Positions 23,356-33,941 of a DNA stretch of 64,000 nt are shown here, one piece after another (position 1 is the stretch's first letter; each line of letters begins with the position of its first letter). This DNA comes from an uncultured Bacteroidales bacterium (lineage in GTDB: Bacteria > Bacteroidota > Bacteroidia > Bacteroidales > VadinHA17), in NCBI GenBank assembly GCA_963746685.1, contig CAVVBY010000033.1:472386-536385 (forward strand). Direction: 5' to 3'. The notes below the pieces were generated by a model. It made no database searches. It was not told the DNA's origin and worked only from the letters and a program-made list of their open reading frames with translations. A program made the position numbers and the translations under genes.

Positions 23356-25214
23356 TTACTTTGTAATTACGAGTCTGAAATAACCAGTACGCCTGCCATC
23401 AGACAGAATAATTAGCGTGTAGATACCAGGCTTCAGCAGGGAAATATCAATTCGCTCACTATATGGAACCTTCATCATTTCACGGCCCTGAAGATCAATA
23501 ATAGATACAAAGGCTGATCTTGGAAAGGGCAAGGTCGCTGCAGTTAAGGTTAATATAATCAGAAGCCGGATTTGGCCACATTCTGTAATTTTTTGTAACC
23601 ACAGGCGTTTACATCATCCGATGAGGTTGTTTTAATCGGTGCGCCAACAACAGGTCTGATCATAATGCTTCCTTCCTTCTGTGATTGCAGCCATGTGCCA
23701 TTAAGCCAGTAATACTGCCTTCCGCGGTTAGGGGTGTTTACATCAAAACCTGCATTCAGGAATGTCTCGGATCTCTGCTTCCAACCGGCATAAAATATTC
23801 CGTTAACCATAACTCCGTCGGGAAGGATATAAGTGTGGAATCCGTTGATTTCATCACCTGGCTCAACGAGCACATTCTCATCGGTATATATTATATTCCC
23901 GGGCAATCCGTTATTATCGTCCCATATCATCAGATCGAATGCTCTCTGGTTGCTGTTGAGGTAGCTGTCGTTGAAGCAGATGCTGATCGCCCTTACAGTA
24001 TCCCTGAAGATAGGATTTAAATCTGTAAGCTGCCATCGCATTTCGTGAACCCTGTCCGTTTATACCATATCCTCCTTCGGATGATCCGTCGTCGTATGCA
24101 AAATAGTTACTGAATACCTGATTATAGATTATGGTGTCATTCCCCTTTGGATCAAAATCATCAGTTTTCAGGTAGCAGGTTATTCTGAAAAGTGCTGAAT
24201 CAGTGTTGTTGTTATTATATGTATAGATAAGATTTGCATTGTAATCAACATTTGTAAAGGGATCAACGTTTGCTGCACCTGCTGAGAATGAATGAGAAAC
24301 AGTGTTGGTGAACATATCCCGGATCTCAAAGTTCCTGGTTACATTCCTTGTTATCTTATCATTGTTCCTGTAATGTATCGGAATTGCTGATCCCATTTCC
24401 TGCAGGTAGACCTGTCTGAATTGTTTCCAGGGCATTGATTCATGTGTCTTAAGGATTGACCTCAGCGGAGTCCGGAAAGCGACATCAGCAAGGGATGTAT
24501 CGGCTGCGTTTCTGTTTTTGTCAAGATAAACATAATCTATATTCCAGTGATCGCAATTACCAATCATCGAAGGATCATTAAGATTTGCGCTGAGGCTTGC
24601 CCAGTTGACAAACCTGAATTTAAATCCATTCTTTAAATATCTTGAATTTTCTATCCTGATGATCACAGGTTTAAATTTTAACTGTCTGGAAGTGTCAGCT
24701 TTCCAGACAGAATGCCACCTGGCCTCTTCAGGAGCAAAAAATTGCAATGTCAGGCTGTCATTCAGTTCAGGCATATCACCAAGTCCTCCGGGCTCATAAT
24801 AAAAACTCAGCCAGATATTTTCTGAGGAAGGATAATTAAGGTTCACTGGCTGTGAGGTGAGATGATCAGCTTCGAACCCATCTGATCCGGCATTATCATA
24901 GAGTTTTCCAGCATCATTCAGTGCATCAAGCGTTGCTATACCGATCGTGATCTGCTGATTGGAATAAGTATTATTTATAAATGCATAATTGTCGCTCCAC
25001 CATTTTGCGGACGGAAGGAATGAATGTCCTGTAAAATCATCAAAAAATGGCAATTCAACCGGATTGGCCGTCACCAGCTTTGTACTGAACCTGTTTATTT
25101 GCCTGACCTGATAATACTGAATTGGTCTGCAGTCCTGTAATTACTCTCCTGAGCATGTGAGAGTGCCGGATAATATAACAGAAGTGCAATATATACAATT
25201 AATTTTTTATGCAT
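23356..25214 (-). pseudogene. secreted protein with T9SS C-terminal sorting domain, function unknown; at least 4 frame changes
   Basis: The signal peptide MHKKLIVYIALLLLYYPALSHAQ starts at 25214, followed by ORFs 23914-25074 and 23559-24041. The CTD is readable in two frames (WPNPASDYINLNCSDL, then SIIDLQGREMM...GIYTLIILSDGRRTGYFRLVITK, stop 23356-23358). Confidence 0.7.
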
Positions 25215-25222
25215 CAGTTTAA

Positions 25223-26070
25223 TCAGACTTTCCGAATAGTTCTTCCGGGTATTGTGTCTGTAATGATCATTGCTGAATCAACAGGAAGCCTTGCAGAATC
25301 AACTGTCAGCCAGAGATATATTGATGATCCAAGCTGTATGGTGGCATCAATGCTGAAATCGGGGTTTTGCTTATATACAAATGCATCAGCCGAATCTTCG
25401 GCTGATACGACAGTATTGTCGAATATGGATGTTACAAGAGTAAGTGATGCTCCAAGTATCCGGCTCATTGGCAGATTCCAGGTTCATTCCGATCAGATCA
25501 GGAATATAAGTTTTCTGGTTGCTCAGGCCCTTGCCAAGCACCAGGTCAATCACCGAACCTTTTTGCAGTGAGTCACCTTGCTGGATCTCTCTTCCGTCGT
25601 ATACCTGCTTAAGCACGACATCGAGTTGAAATGTCAGGAATATATCTTGGTGTTCCCCCCAATTTCAGCCCTGCACTCTCAATGAGTGCAATTGCCTGGC
25701 GTCTAGGAAGGTTTACGAGATTTGGCATAGCTACCATTTCAGGGCTGAAGGCGTTTATTGTAAGCATGATATTCCTGCGTTTCTTGACCTTAAAACCAGG
25801 TACAGGATTTTGTTCGGCAATGCAGCCGCGTGGAACGTCGGAGGTATAAACGGAATCAATGATCTGATATTTCAGCCTGCTTTTCTTAGCCAGTTGAACT
25901 GTCTGATCCATAGTAAGTCCTATAAAATCTGGGACAGGTCTGCTTTGTCCATGCCTGGTATAAAAATTCAACCAGATTAGCAAAGCCATTATAAAGCCGA
26001 CAACTATTAATGCTGCTAATCCAAGGTTCTTTAAAAATGTTTTGCTGAAGATGAAATTTTTGATGCTCAT
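25223..26070 (-). pseudogene. membrane-anchored PASTA-domain protein, frame changes near 25612 and 25450
   Basis: N-terminal TM helix, then repeated PASTA-like units (VPDFIGLTMDQTVQLA, MPNLVNLPRRQAIALIESAGLKLG, IPDLIGMNLESA) spread over three frames. Confidence 0.75.
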
Positions 26071-26090
26071 AGCGGCCGTCAGAACTTAAG

Positions 26091-27210
26091 TTATAACGCA
26101 AATGTATGTATAAAATTATAAACGGAATCCCGTTCCACAGGGACAAATCCGGCATCTCTGATGAGCCTGCAGATTTCGTTGGTTGACATTTCAGGATTTT
26201 TCTCCCCGTGACCCTGCCATCGAATAGATCTTTGTAGTATCCTCAATAGTTCCGTCAAGGTCATCAGTCCCGAACATCAGGCTCATCTGAGCAACCTCTC
26301 TACCGATCATCGGCCAGTAAGCTTTGATATGCAGAATATTGTCAAGAAAAATCCTTGAAACAGCATAGTTTTTAAGATCTTCGGTCATACTGACCTCGCC
26401 AAGCCATGACATGGAATTATTGACTTTTTTATACTTCAGGGGAATAAAAGCGTTGAAGCCTCCGGTCTTGTCCTGGAGTTCCCGGAGTCTGTGTCATATG
26501 ATCGATCCGGTGAGTATAGTTTTCTATGTGACCGTAAAGCATTGTGGCATTGGAAGGTATCCCAAGATTGTGTGCAGTCTCATGGATTTCCAGCCACCTT
26601 TCTGCATGAAGCTTTTTCAGGACAGATCTCTTTCCTGATTTCCTCATCGAAGATTTCAGCACCTCCCCCGGGAATAGAATCGAGACCATATTTTCTTCAG
26701 CTCCGCAAGACCCTCACGGATCGTCATACCAGATTTAGTAATCATATAGTCGAGCTCAATGGCAGAAAATGCCTTTATATGCAGACCCGGACGGTATTGT
26801 TTTATTTTCCGAACAAGCTCTCCGTAATAATGAATATCATATAAAGGATGCACTCCTCCCACAATATGAACCTCAGTAACTTCCTTATCGTCAAATTGTC
26901 TTACAATGCCAAGCATTTCATCATGAGTGTATTCCCAGCTTTCAGGATCGCCAGCCGGTTTATGGTAGGAGCAGAAACGGCAGTTATAAATACACTTGTT
27001 TGTCGGTTCAATATGGAAGTTCCTGTTAAAAAAGACATAATTTCGATTTTGTCTTCTTCTAACGATTCCCGACAACATGGCAAGCAATGATAATCCCGCC
27101 CTGGTGTAAAGCATCAAACCCTCCTCTGCGGTGATCCGGTCTCCTGCTGCTATTTTAGCAGCTATTTCCTTCAGACGGGGATCATCAATATAATCTTCAA
27201 GTATTTTCAT
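26091..27210 (-). pseudogene. radical-SAM menaquinone (futalosine pathway) enzyme, MqnE/MqnC family; at least 4 frame changes
   Basis: CIYNCRFCSY (CxxxCxxC) lies in ORF 26656-27210. GLDSIPGGGAEIFDEEIRKEI, ERWLEIHETAHNLGIPSNATMLYGHIE, GGFNAFIPLKY and the C-terminal STNEICRLIRDAGFVPVERDSVYN are recovered from successive frames. Confidence 0.8.
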
Positions 27211-27240
27211 TTAAGACAAAATGCCTGGCAAAATTAACGA

Positions 27241-27267
27241 AAAAAAGGTGCCTTTTTCGAAGGCACC
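27241..27267 (-). terminator. intrinsic terminator after rpmH
   Basis: The minus strand reads GGTGCCTT-CGAAA-AAGGCACC followed by TTTTTT, 27 nt after the rpmH stop. Confidence 0.8.
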
Positions 27268-27293
27268 TTCATCATGGATATAATATCTTCTGA

Positions 27294-27449
27294 TTATTTC
27301 AATTTGAGCTCAGGAGTGACTGAGAGTTTTTTCCTGCCCTTGGCCCTGCGCGATGCAAGAACCCTTCTTCCATTGGCAGTGGACATCCTTTCCCTGAAAC
27401 CATGTTTATTTGCTCTTTTTCTTCTTGAAGGCTGATATGTCCTTTTCAT
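27294..27449 (-). CDS. rpmH: 50S ribosomal protein L34
   Basis: Hand translation gives [51 protein letters not shown]. It is below the ORF-track length cutoff. Confidence 0.95.
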   Translation of the reverse strand: MKRTYQPSRRKRANKHGFRERMSTANGRRVLASRRAKGRKKLSVTPELKLK

Positions 27450-27493
27450 TTATGCTATTTTTAAATTGTCGGTACAGTTTTATTTTGAGATCG

Positions 27494-27501
27494 CAAAGAT
27501 A
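27494..27501 (-). promoter_or_regulatory. Bacteroidota -7 box (TAnnTTTG)
   Basis: TATCTTTG on the minus strand, 44 nt upstream of the rpmH ATG. Confidence 0.45.
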
Positions 27502-27548
27502 GTTGATTTTTGAAATAAATGCAACGGTTATGCCATTTTTTTTAAAAA

Positions 27549-28172
27549 TCAAAACGGCAGATAAATTATCTTTTTTGTTTCAAAATATGGTTCAGAAAAG
27601 AAGTCAGTGATATTCCGGATAACGACTTTTTTTAATATAAGGTCCAATTTCTGCGGAAAGATCTCCACCTTTAAGATATATAATACCGTTCCTTATTTTA
27701 TTCTTATTTCCGGGGCAATGTTTTTTTTGTCAGTTTTACAAATTCAGGGAAAGCTGTTACAGCCCGGCTGACAATGAAATCGTAACTGCCTTTCTCATCT
27801 TCGATCCTTTTGCGGATGGCCTTCACGTTTGTCAGATCCAGTTCATCAGCAACAGATGAAACAACTCTTATTTTCTTTTCTATTGAATCGAGAAGAAAGA
27901 ATTCAGACATCAGGAAACATTATTGCCAGGGGAACACCTGGAAATCCGCCACCGGTACCGGCATCAAGGATTCTTGTTCCATTCGCAAAATGAATGAATT
28001 TTGCAATGGCCAGGGAATGAAGGACATGATGAATATAAAAATTATCAAAGTCTTTTCTGGAGATCACATTGATTCTGCTGTTCCATGTCTGGTAGATCTC
28101 CTTAAGCCCGGAAAACCTGCTGATCTGAGAATCGGAAATATCCGGGAAATATCTGAGAATAATGTCAGTCAC
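27549..28172 (-). pseudogene. rsmG: 16S rRNA (guanine527-N7)-methyltransferase, at least 3 frame changes (about 27905, 27705, 27620)
   Basis: GTG start at 28170-28172. Motifs seen: LDAGTGGGFPGVPLAI, VSRAV, YLKGGDLSAEI and the C-terminal FFSEPYFETKKIIYLPF (stop 27549-27551). Confidence 0.85.
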
Positions 28173-28768
28173 TACCTGTTCCCGGTTTTTGTGAAAATAT
28201 TGAACAGGAGTGATTTTGCCCTGTAAAGTTGTGCTTTTACGGTTCCTATTGGAAGTTTCAGCTCTGTTGCAATTTCTTCATACGAGTACTCCTTGTAATA
28301 CCTGAGTTCGATCAGGTTCCTGTACCTTGGTTTAAGCTGGTTTACAATATCGCGAAGAACAGCAATCTTCTGATCATTGATGAGTGTTTCTTCAGGATCG
28401 GGTAGATCCGACTGTATATTTACAGTGAGGTGTTCCAGATCGTCCGGCAACTGATCAATAGGAGTGGGAGAGATCTGTTTTTTCCTTATAAAATCGATAC
28501 AGTTGTTGGTGGCTATCTTGAAAAGCCATGTGCTGAATGCAAAATCAGGAGTAAATGAATCAAGACTTCTGAAGGCTTTACCAAATGCTTCAATTGTAAG
28601 ATCTTCAGCATCGGAAGAATTGTTAACCATTTTAAGAAGCATGAAGTATATCGAATCCCTGTAACGGTTCAACAGACTGGAAAAAGCCTTTTCATTCCCG
28701 TTCTTTGCCAGTTCGACAAGCAAAAGGTCATTTCTGGCCTTGTCCGATAAACCATTGCTTACTTCCAT
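28172..28768 (-). CDS. RNA polymerase sigma-70 family (ECF-type) sigma factor
   Basis: 198 aa with region 2 (FSTWLFKIATNNCIDFIRKK) and region 4 (YSYEEIATELKLPIGTVKAQLYRAK). The stop overlaps the rsmG GTG start by 1 nt. Confidence 0.88.
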   Translation of the reverse strand: MEVSNGLSDKARNDLLLVELAKNGNEKAFSSLLNRYRDSIYFMLLKMVNNSSDAEDLTIEAFGKAFRSLDSFTPDFAFSTWLFKIATNNCIDFIRKKQISPTPIDQLPDDLEHLTVNIQSDLPDPEETLINDQKIAVLRDIVNQLKPRYRNLIELRYYKEYSYEEIATELKLPIGTVKAQLYRAKSLLFNIFTKTGNR

Positions 28769-28774
28769 TTGTTC

Positions 28775-29894
28775 TTACCAGTACTCCTCGCGCAGACTAC
28801 CTGTATATAATACAGCATTTATAAACGGAGACAGGATATCAAATATTGGCAGCCAGGGTAATAATCCCTGCTCGTTGAATTTTTTCTGATTCAATGTGAA
28901 AACTGTGAGTTGGGTAATGAACTCTTGCTGCGAAAACACCAAGCACCACCGGCCACAGAAAGAGATTGGAAAGAAGTACTAATAAATGAAACATAAAATA
29001 ATACCCTTGAGACAGGTTCAACCATCAATGCCACTTTGTCTCTTAATTTGTAATGATTGGCGGTTGTCAGGTGTCTCTTCTTCTGCTTGTAAAATTCATA
29101 GATGCCTGAGGCCGCTCACGGAACGGGTATGTGCTTCCTTTCTGAATTCCACGGCAATGTTGGTTCCTGAGGCATTTGAGTTTACAAACAGATCATCATC
29201 ACCCGAAGCCAGGTGGGTATGATTGCCAAATCCCTTTTTACTGAAAAACAGTGAACGCCTGTATGCAAGGTTCCGTCCGACTCCCATGTATGGCATTCCC
29301 CTTATGGCCATTCCAAGGTACTGCATGGCTATCGTCATGCTGTCGTACCTTATATATTTGTTAAGCAATCCCTTTCTGCTGAAAAAACCGCCATAACCAA
29401 GCACAAAATCGATCTTTTCGTCAAAACGGGATGCGATTATCCCAAGCCATTTATCACTTTCAGGCCTGCAGTCAGCATCAGTAAAAACCATTATCTCATT
29501 TTTCGCCGCTTTTATCCCAATGAACTGAGCAAACTTTTTGTTATGAGTAAACTTCGGATCTTTAATGATATTTGAAACTTTCAGGTTCGGATATTTCTTC
29601 AGGTACTCTCCCAGCACGTCATAAGAATCGTCCTCCGAGCAATCATTCACAACGATCACTTCAAAATCGGGATAATCCTGTTCAAGTACAGCCGGAAGGA
29701 ATTTCCTGAGGTTTTCCTCTTCGTTTCTTGCACAGATAATTACAGATACAGGCTCCTTTTTTGGTGAAGATTCCGGATGCCTGAACATTGCCGGTGCCAG
29801 GTAGTAAAAAAGGTAATAAAAGACCTGGACTAAAAAGGAAAGGCCGAAGACAATCAATAAAGCAAGAAGAAATAGGATGGTCGCGGAGTATCAT
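28775..29894 (-). pseudogene. family-2 glycosyltransferase with C-terminal TM segments; 3-4 frame changes; start uncertain
   Basis: The GT2 core is in ORF 29096-29857 (VSVIICARNEEENL, VVNDCSEDDS, TDADC). The C-terminal continuation (FYKQKKRHLTTANHYKLRDK..., LFLWPVVLGVFA..., LLPWLPIFDILSPFINAVLYTGSLREEYW, stop 28775-28777) is read from three frames. Confidence 0.7.
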
Positions 29895-30029
29895 TTGACT
29901 TCCAAGTATGGCTGCAATATTACTAAGATAATCTGAATGCAAAAAGATAGTTTTATATATCATCCTGTAAAAACGGAATATCAGCCATAAAAATTATCGA
30001 CATAATTTTCAACAGGCGGATGAATGAAT

Positions 30030-30037
30030 TACCTTTG
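30030..30037 (+). promoter_or_regulatory. Bacteroidota -7 box (TAnnTTTG)
   Basis: TACCTTTG, 23 nt upstream of the tgt ATG. Confidence 0.5.
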
Positions 30038-30060
30038 GCATCCGTAAAAAGGCTGATTTT

Positions 30061-31188
30061 ATGTTTACACTAAAGAGCAGGGATAAGGAAACCAGGGCAA
30101 GAACAGGAGAACTGGAGACCGCCCATGGTATTATTCCTACCCCTATCTTTATGCCCGTTGGTACTGCTGGAACTGTAAAAGGAATACTTCAGAGGGATCT
30201 GACCGATGATATTGATGCAAAGATTATTCTGGGGAATACATATCACCTCTACCTTCGACCAGGTACGGACATATTGAAAGCATCAGGAGGACTCCATAAA
30301 TTTATGAACTGGAGCAGACCGATACTTACTGACAGCGGAGGATATCAGGTTTTTTCCCTTGCACCGAACAGGAAGCTTACAGATGAAGGTGCTGTCTTTA
30401 AATCGCATATTGACGGATCGAGGCATGTTTTCACTCCTGAAAACACTATTGACATTCAGCGAATTATCGGTGCAGATATAATGATGGCTTTTGATGAGTG
30501 CGCACCTTTCCCTTGCGATTACAGGTATGCTGAGAAATCAGTCGCACTTACTCACCAATGGCTCGACAGGGCTGTGGCAAGATACAGGGAGACAGATCCA
30601 TTATGGGACTATGACCAGCTTCTGTTTCCTATTGTCCAGGGGAGTACTTTCGATGATCTGAGAAAGATCTCTGCTGAAAAAGCAGCTTCGGCGGATATGG
30701 CAGGGAACGCAATAGGAGGGTTATCGGTGGGAGAACCTGCTGATGAAATGTATCGCATTATTGAAATTGTCAATGAAATACTTCCTGAAAACAAGCCGCG
30801 TTATCTTATGGGAGTTGGAACTCCTGTCAATATCCTGGAAGCAATTGAAAGAGGTATTGATATGTTTGATTGTGTTATGCCTACCAGAAATGGACGTAAC
30901 GGAATGCTCTTTACCAGCGAGGGTATTATCAATATCAGGAACAAGAGATGGACCGATGATTTCAGTCCCATTGATAATTATGGGCCTTCAGCCGTAAGTC
31001 TTTATTATTCAAAGGCCTATCTGAGACATCTTATCATTTCCGGTGAAATTCTAGGATCTCAGATAGCAAGCATACATAACCTTTCGTTTTATATGAAGCT
31101 GGTTTCAGAGGCAAGGAAAAGAATTGAAGATGGCAATTTTAAAAAATGGAAAGACCAAATGATCATAAAGCTATCGGCTCGTTTATAG
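30061..31188 (+). CDS. tgt: tRNA-guanine transglycosylase (queuine tRNA-ribosyltransferase)
   Basis: 375-aa intact ORF with LTDSGGYQVFSL, MAFDEC, GLSVGEP and YLMGVGTP. See the finding on the missing CxCxxC zinc motif. Confidence 0.93.
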   Translation: MFTLKSRDKETRARTGELETAHGIIPTPIFMPVGTAGTVKGILQRDLTDDIDAKIILGNTYHLYLRPGTDILKASGGLHKFMNWSRPILTDSGGYQVFSLAPNRKLTDEGAVFKSHIDGSRHVFTPENTIDIQRIIGADIMMAFDECAPFPCDYRYAEKSVALTHQWLDRAVARYRETDPLWDYDQLLFPIVQGSTFDDLRKISAEKAASADMAGNAIGGLSVGEPADEMYRIIEIVNEILPENKPRYLMGVGTPVNILEAIERGIDMFDCVMPTRNGRNGMLFTSEGIINIRNKRWTDDFSPIDNYGPSAVSLYYSKAYLRHLIISGEILGSQIASIHNLSFYMKLVSEARKRIEDGNFKKWKDQMIIKLSARL

Positions 31189-32282
31189 AATTACTTGGAT
31201 TAAGGATAATCGACCGGTATATTATCAGGAAGTTCCTGGGCACGTTCTTCTTTTGTCTGGCGCTGATCCTTACGATTGCAGTGGTTTTCGATTTTGCCGA
31301 AAAGATCGATAACTTCATGGAAAAAGAGGCCCCTGTCAGGGCGATAATTTTTGATTACTATCTGAACTTCATCCCGTATTTTGCAACTCTGTTTTCTCCT
31401 CTTTTCGTTTTTATCTCTGTCATTTTCTTTACATCAAAAATGGCTGCCAACAATGAGATCATTGCGATCCTGAACAGTGGCATGAGCTTTAAAAGGATGA
31501 TGTTGCCATACTTCCTGTCAGCCCTGGTTATTGCACTTTTTACCTACCTTCTGACCAATTTCGTAATTCCCAAAGCGAACCTGAACCGGATGGATTTTGA
31601 AGATAAGTATTACAGGGCCACCACCAGGAGGGTTCCTCTCATGAATATTCACAGGCAGGCATACAAGAATGTTCTGGTTTATATGGAATCATTTAATCCG
31701 ATCAGCCAGGCAGGAAGGAACTTTACGATTGAGAAGTTTGATGAAGATGGCAGGCTTGAATCCAAACTGTCTGGTAACATGGTCAGATATGATACCGCAT
31801 CAAGCAAATGGGTAGTTTTAAATTATTATCTGCGAAAGATAACTGACAAGGAAGATATATTAACCCAGGGCGACAGGATAGATACCGCTCTTACAATAAC
31901 ACCTTCGGATTTGTCAATTGGCCCAGGTTTTGTTGGAACCATGACCTATAATGAGTTGAATAATTATGTAAGTCAGCTGAAGCTTCAGGGCTCAGATGAG
32001 CTCAACCTGTTCCTTATTGAGAAATACCGTCGTTTTGCAAATCCTTTTGCTGTCTTTATCCTCACACTCATCGGAGTATCCCTCTCATCCCGGAAGGTGA
32101 GGGGCGGAATAGGCATGAATATAGGGATCGGACTTGGTCTGAGCTTTTCATATATACTCTTCATGCAGTTTGCTTCACAGTTTTCTCTCAAAGGAAACCT
32201 TGGACCGATGCTGGCAATGTGGATACCTAACATCATGTATGCAATTGTAGCACTGGTTCTTTACAAACTTGCACCTAAATAA
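31146..32282 (+). CDS. LptF/LptG-family (YjgP/YjgQ) permease
   Basis: 378-aa ORF with IIDRYIIRKFLGTFFF at the N-terminus and multiple TM helices. The only in-frame start overlaps the tgt 3' end by 43 nt. Confidence 0.8.
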   Translation: MERPNDHKAIGSFIELLGLRIIDRYIIRKFLGTFFFCLALILTIAVVFDFAEKIDNFMEKEAPVRAIIFDYYLNFIPYFATLFSPLFVFISVIFFTSKMAANNEIIAILNSGMSFKRMMLPYFLSALVIALFTYLLTNFVIPKANLNRMDFEDKYYRATTRRVPLMNIHRQAYKNVLVYMESFNPISQAGRNFTIEKFDEDGRLESKLSGNMVRYDTASSKWVVLNYYLRKITDKEDILTQGDRIDTALTITPSDLSIGPGFVGTMTYNELNNYVSQLKLQGSDELNLFLIEKYRRFANPFAVFILTLIGVSLSSRKVRGGIGMNIGIGLGLSFSYILFMQFASQFSLKGNLGPMLAMWIPNIMYAIVALVLYKLAPK

Positions 32283-32318
32283 GTTACAATCTTCGATCGA
32301 AAATCTTAAATTGCACCT

Positions 32319-32326
32319 TAGTTTTG
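32319..32326 (+). promoter_or_regulatory. Bacteroidota -7 box (TAnnTTTG)
   Basis: TAGTTTTG, 40 nt upstream of the carboxyltransferase ATG. Confidence 0.4.
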
Positions 32327-32366
32327 ATTTTCTTACACAGGTCAACTTTAAATCACATAAACTTTA

Positions 32367-33911
32367 ATGGCAGTAAATAAAAAAATACGGGAACTTCAGG
32401 AGAAGCGCAGAAAAATTCTTCTTGGCGGAGGAGAACTGGCAATAGAAAAACAGAAAGCCATGGGCAAAAGGACGGCCCGCGAGCGGATCATGGCGCTACT
32501 GGATAAGGACTCCTTTATGGAATATGATCTCTTTGTTGAGCATGATGCCCGTGATTTTGACATGGATAAAAAATCACTTCCAAGTGACGGTGTAATAATA
32601 GGATCAGGGACAATATACGAAGCACCGGTGGCAATTTTTGCGCAGGATTTTACAGTTGCCGGAGGATCACTCGGGCTTATGCATTCGAGGAAGATAACCA
32701 AAATAATGGACTATGCTCTTAAGATGAGGATGCCGCTGATCGGGATCAATGATTCAGGGGGAGCAAGAATTCAGGAGGGCGTTAACTCCCTTGCAGGCTA
32801 TGGAGAGATATTTTTCCGGAACACCATTTCAAGCGGGGTAATTCCCCAGATATCTGTAATTCTTGGTCCATGCGCAGGAGGAGCAGTTTATTCTCCTGCC
32901 CTTACAGATTTTGTCTTTGTTGTTGACAAGATCTCGAAGATGTTCATCACCGGGCCTGAAGTAATCAAGACTGTCCTTGGAGAAGAGATCTCGATGGAGG
33001 ACCTTGGAGGGGCAAGGGTGCATAGTGAGATAACCGGGAATGCGCATTTTTTTGCCAGGAGTGAAGAAGAATGCTTTGAGCAGATCAAACGACTCATAAC
33101 ATTTATCCCCTGGAACAACAGCAGGAAGGCAAAATCATTTGAACCGGGAGAGCCGGATAAGAAATATGATCCCGAAAAGATTGTTCCTGATGATCCTACG
33201 CTGCCATATGATGTTAAAGACGTGATAAGGTCTGTAGTCGATAAATCCGACTTTTTTGAGGTTATGGAATTATATGCGAAAAATATCGTAATAGGTTTTG
33301 GCAGGATGGGTGGCAGGACAACCGGGTTTGTTGCTAACCAGCCTCTGGAAATGGCAGGTGTCCTGGATGTTGACTCATCCGACAAAGCCGCCAGATTTAT
33401 AAGGTACTGCGATGCCTTCAATATTCCTTTAATAACCCTTGTTGACCTTCCGGGTTATCTCCCGGGGGTTGACCAGGAATATGCTGGAGTGATACGCCAT
33501 GGGGCCAAGGTGCTATATGCATACAGTGAAGCAACAGTCCCGAAAATCACAGTAATAATCAGGAAAGCATATGGTGGCGGATATATAGCAATGAGTTCAC
33601 GCCACCTTAGGGCTGATTTTGTATTTGCATGGCCAACTGCCGAAATTGCGGTTATGGGACCGGAAGGGGCTGCAAATATTATCTTCAGAAAAGAAATTAT
33701 GTCTTCTGATGACCCTGACGAAACCAGGAAACAAAAAGTTGAAGAGTATAAAGCCAAGTTCGCGAATCCATATGTTGCCGCTGCACGCGGATATGTTGAC
33801 GCTGTGATTGAACCTAAAGAGACAAGACGATTCCTTTTGCATGCCATTAAAGCTTCAGAAAACAAGGTGGTTAAATTACTTGAAAAAAAGCACGGGCTTC
33901 TTCCGTTATGA
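32367..33911 (+). CDS. acyl-CoA carboxylase/decarboxylase carboxyltransferase subunit (methylmalonyl-CoA decarboxylase alpha / propionyl-CoA carboxylase beta type)
   Basis: 514-aa intact ORF with FAQDFTVAGGSLG, GINDSGGARIQEG and RKAYGGGYIAM. Confidence 0.9.
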   Translation: MAVNKKIRELQEKRRKILLGGGELAIEKQKAMGKRTARERIMALLDKDSFMEYDLFVEHDARDFDMDKKSLPSDGVIIGSGTIYEAPVAIFAQDFTVAGGSLGLMHSRKITKIMDYALKMRMPLIGINDSGGARIQEGVNSLAGYGEIFFRNTISSGVIPQISVILGPCAGGAVYSPALTDFVFVVDKISKMFITGPEVIKTVLGEEISMEDLGGARVHSEITGNAHFFARSEEECFEQIKRLITFIPWNNSRKAKSFEPGEPDKKYDPEKIVPDDPTLPYDVKDVIRSVVDKSDFFEVMELYAKNIVIGFGRMGGRTTGFVANQPLEMAGVLDVDSSDKAARFIRYCDAFNIPLITLVDLPGYLPGVDQEYAGVIRHGAKVLYAYSEATVPKITVIIRKAYGGGYIAMSSRHLRADFVFAWPTAEIAVMGPEGAANIIFRKEIMSSDDPDETRKQKVEEYKAKFANPYVAAARGYVDAVIEPKETRRFLLHAIKASENKVVKLLEKKHGLLPL

Positions 33912-33941
33912 TAAAATACCAGGCAAACTGAAAAGAGCGCT

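Noticed and set aside
31146-31188. The 43-nt tgt / lptF-G overlap as evidence of a frameshifted fusion.
   Set aside because: Both ORFs are complete and match their families end to end. The overlap probably reflects the only available in-frame start, or a slightly later non-canonical start.
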